A stretch of DNA of 64,000 nt. Source: Eledone cirrhosa. Its lineage: Eukaryota. Position numbers and translations under genes: made by a program. How positions within the stretch are numbered: position 1 is the stretch's first letter; every line of letters begins with the position of its first letter. The notes beneath the pieces are model-generated. The model was given only the letters and a program-made list of their open reading frames with translations. It had not been told where the DNA came from and did no database searches. Positions 62,260-64,000 of this stretch are shown piece after piece. The stretch lies in assembly GCA_964016885.1 (NCBI GenBank), contig OZ024743.1:272552001-272616000 (forward strand), written 5' to 3'.

Positions 62260-64000
62260 ATCACAACTAAAACAACCACGACCATCACAACCATTAAAAC
62301 AACCACGACCATCACAACAACTAAACAACCACGACCATCACAACAACTAAAACATCCACGAAGTCCACAACAACTAAATCAACCACGACTTCCACAGCAA
62401 TTAAAACAACCACGACCATCAAAACAACTAAAAGAACCACGACCAGCACTACTAAAACAACACAACCATCACAACAACTAAAACAACCACGACTTCCACA
62501 ACAACAAAATCAACCACGACCATCACAACAACTAATCCAACCATGACCATCACAACTAAAGCAACCGCGGCCATCACAATAACTAAAACAACCACAACCA
62601 TCACAACAACTAAAACAACCACGACCAGCACAACAACTAAAACAACCATCACGACAACTAAAACAACCACGACAATGACAACAACGAAAAAAACCATCAC
62701 AACAACTAAAACAACCACGACCATCACAACAACTAAAACAACCACGACCATCACAATAACTAAAACAACCACAACCATCACAACAACGAAAACAACCACG
62801 ACCATCACAACAACTAAAACAACCACGACCATCACGACAACTAAAACAACCACGACAATGACAACAACGAAAACAACCATCACAACAACTAAAACAACAC
62901 GACCATCACAACAACTAAAACAAGCACGACCATCACAACAACTAAAACAACCACGACCATCACAATAACTAAAACAACCACGACCATCACAACTAAAACA
63001 ACCACGAACATCACAACAACTAAAACAACCACGACCAACACAACCAAAACAATCCACGACCATCGGAACAACTAAAACCACAAGACCATCCCAACTAAAA
63101 GAACCACGACCATCACAACAACTAAAACAACCAAGACCACCACAACACCTAAAACAAATTACGACAATCACAACAACTAATACAACCACGACCATCAAAT
63201 CGACTAGAACCAACCACGAACATCACAATAACTAAAACAACAACGACCATCACAACTAAAACAACCACGAACATCACAACAACTAAAACAACCACGACCA
63301 TCACAACTAAAACAACCCCGAACATCACAACTAAAACAACCACGACCATCACAACCATTAAAACAATCACGACCATCACAACAACTAAACAACCACGACC
63401 ATCACAACAACTAAAACATCCACGAAGTCCACAACAACTAAATCAACCACGACTTCCACAGCAATTAAAACAACCACGACCATCAAAACAACTAAAAGAA
63501 CCACGACCAGCACTACTAAAACAACACAACCATCACAACAACTAAAACAACCACGACCTCCACAACAACAAAATCAACCACGACCATCACAACAACTAAA
63601 ACAACCATGACCATCACAACTAAAGCAACCACGGCCTTCACAATAACTAAAACAATAACAACCATCACAACAACTAAAACAACCACGACCAGCACAACAA
63701 CTAAAACAACCATCACGACAACTAAAACAACCACGACAATGACAACAACGAAACAAACCATCACAACAACTAAAACAACCACGACCATCACAACAACTAA
63801 AACAACCACGACCATCACAACAACTAAAACAACCACGACCATCACAATAACTAAAACAACCACGACCATCACAACTAAAACAACCAGGAACATCACAACA
63901 ACTAAAACAACCACGACCATCACAACCAAAACAATCCACGACCATCAGAACAACTAAAACCACAAGACCATCCCAACTAAAAGAACCACGACCATCACAA
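62260..64000 (+). repeat. 1064-bp-offset tandem duplication in the most diverged part of the array
   Basis: AAGTCC at 62361 and 63425. ORF pairs 62452/63516 and 62543/63607. Shared GACTTCCACAGCAATT and CAAGACCATCCCAACT. Confidence 0.85.

Larger units (their letters stand above)
1..64000 (+). repeat. 27-bp tandem satellite/minisatellite array, consensus TAAAACAACCACGACCATCACAACAAC, single orientation, running past both window edges
   Basis: The TAAAACAAC(C)ACGACCATCACAAC(AAC) pattern recurs every 21-28 bp from base 1 to 64000 with no unique interruption. Length classes seen: 27 bp (1538-1564), 26 bp (175-200), 25 bp (18-42), 24 bp (97-120), 23 bp (11775-11797), 21 bp (55858-55878), 28 bp (23103-23130). 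Confidence 0.99.

Noticed and set aside
17-63963. Minus-strand poly-Val ORFs (MVVVVLVVV)n resembling membrane proteins
   Set aside because: Direct translation of the reverse-complement monomer. They start and stop wherever a 25/26-bp monomer shifts frame, contain no unique domain, and are duplicated along with the HORs.
1-64000. CRISPR array (repeat length in the 23-47 bp range)
   Set aside because: Monomers are head-to-tail with no unique spacers, no palindrome, no leader and no cas genes.
1-64000. Canonical telomere repeat or strong G-quadruplex array
   Set aside because: No TTAGGG/TTAGG/TTTAGGG-type motif. The minus strand consensus has only GG dinucleotides, so at most weak two-tier G4s are possible.
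1-64000. Phased A-tract intrinsic curvature
   Set aside because: The A4 tract recurs every ~27 bp, about 2.6 helical turns, so adjacent tracts are roughly out of phase and bends would largely cancel.
1-64000. Transcription-factor site array (AACCACG is one base from the RUNX site AACCACA; TAAAACA is forkhead-like)
   Set aside because: Short near-matches are expected in a low-complexity A/C repeat, the organism is unknown, and nothing in the sequence supports function.
1-64000. Antigenic-variation cassette or diversity-generating system encoded by variant monomers
   Set aside because: No expression site, recombinase, reverse transcriptase or conserved reading frame is present. The variant patterns are explained by point mutation plus segmental duplication.

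Overview
The whole 64 kb window is one uninterrupted tandem satellite array of about 2,400 monomers (64,000 / ~26 bp). The consensus monomer is 27 bp, TAAAACAACCACGACCATCACAACAAC (exact copy at 1538-1564; minus strand GTTGTTGTGATGGTCGTGGTTGTTTTA). All monomers face the same way and the strands are strongly asymmetric (+ strand consensus 14 A, 10 C, 2 T, 1 G). I see no unique sequence, credible gene, RNA gene, transposon or CRISPR array. Every ORF in the track is a translation of the repeat (TTTKTTTTI, QQLKQPRPS, MVVVVLVVV, CCDGRGCFS), broken by 25/26-bp monomers. The structure lies in the variant monomers. They recur in a conserved order forming a ~2 kb ancestral super-unit, which has been copied into nested higher-order repeats and segmental duplications (offsets about 1.0, 1.2, 1.9, 2.56, 3.9, 4.2, 4.6, 5.6, 5.9, 12.1 and 15.3 kb). 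The left and middle hold young, near-identical tandem copies, and the right third is an older, more diverged patchwork. This looks like eukaryotic satellite DNA. A centromeric or telomeric/subtelomeric role is a hypothesis only, and the organism cannot be identified from the sequence. Offsets were read from shared diagnostic variants and the ORF track; block boundaries are approximate to within a few monomers.
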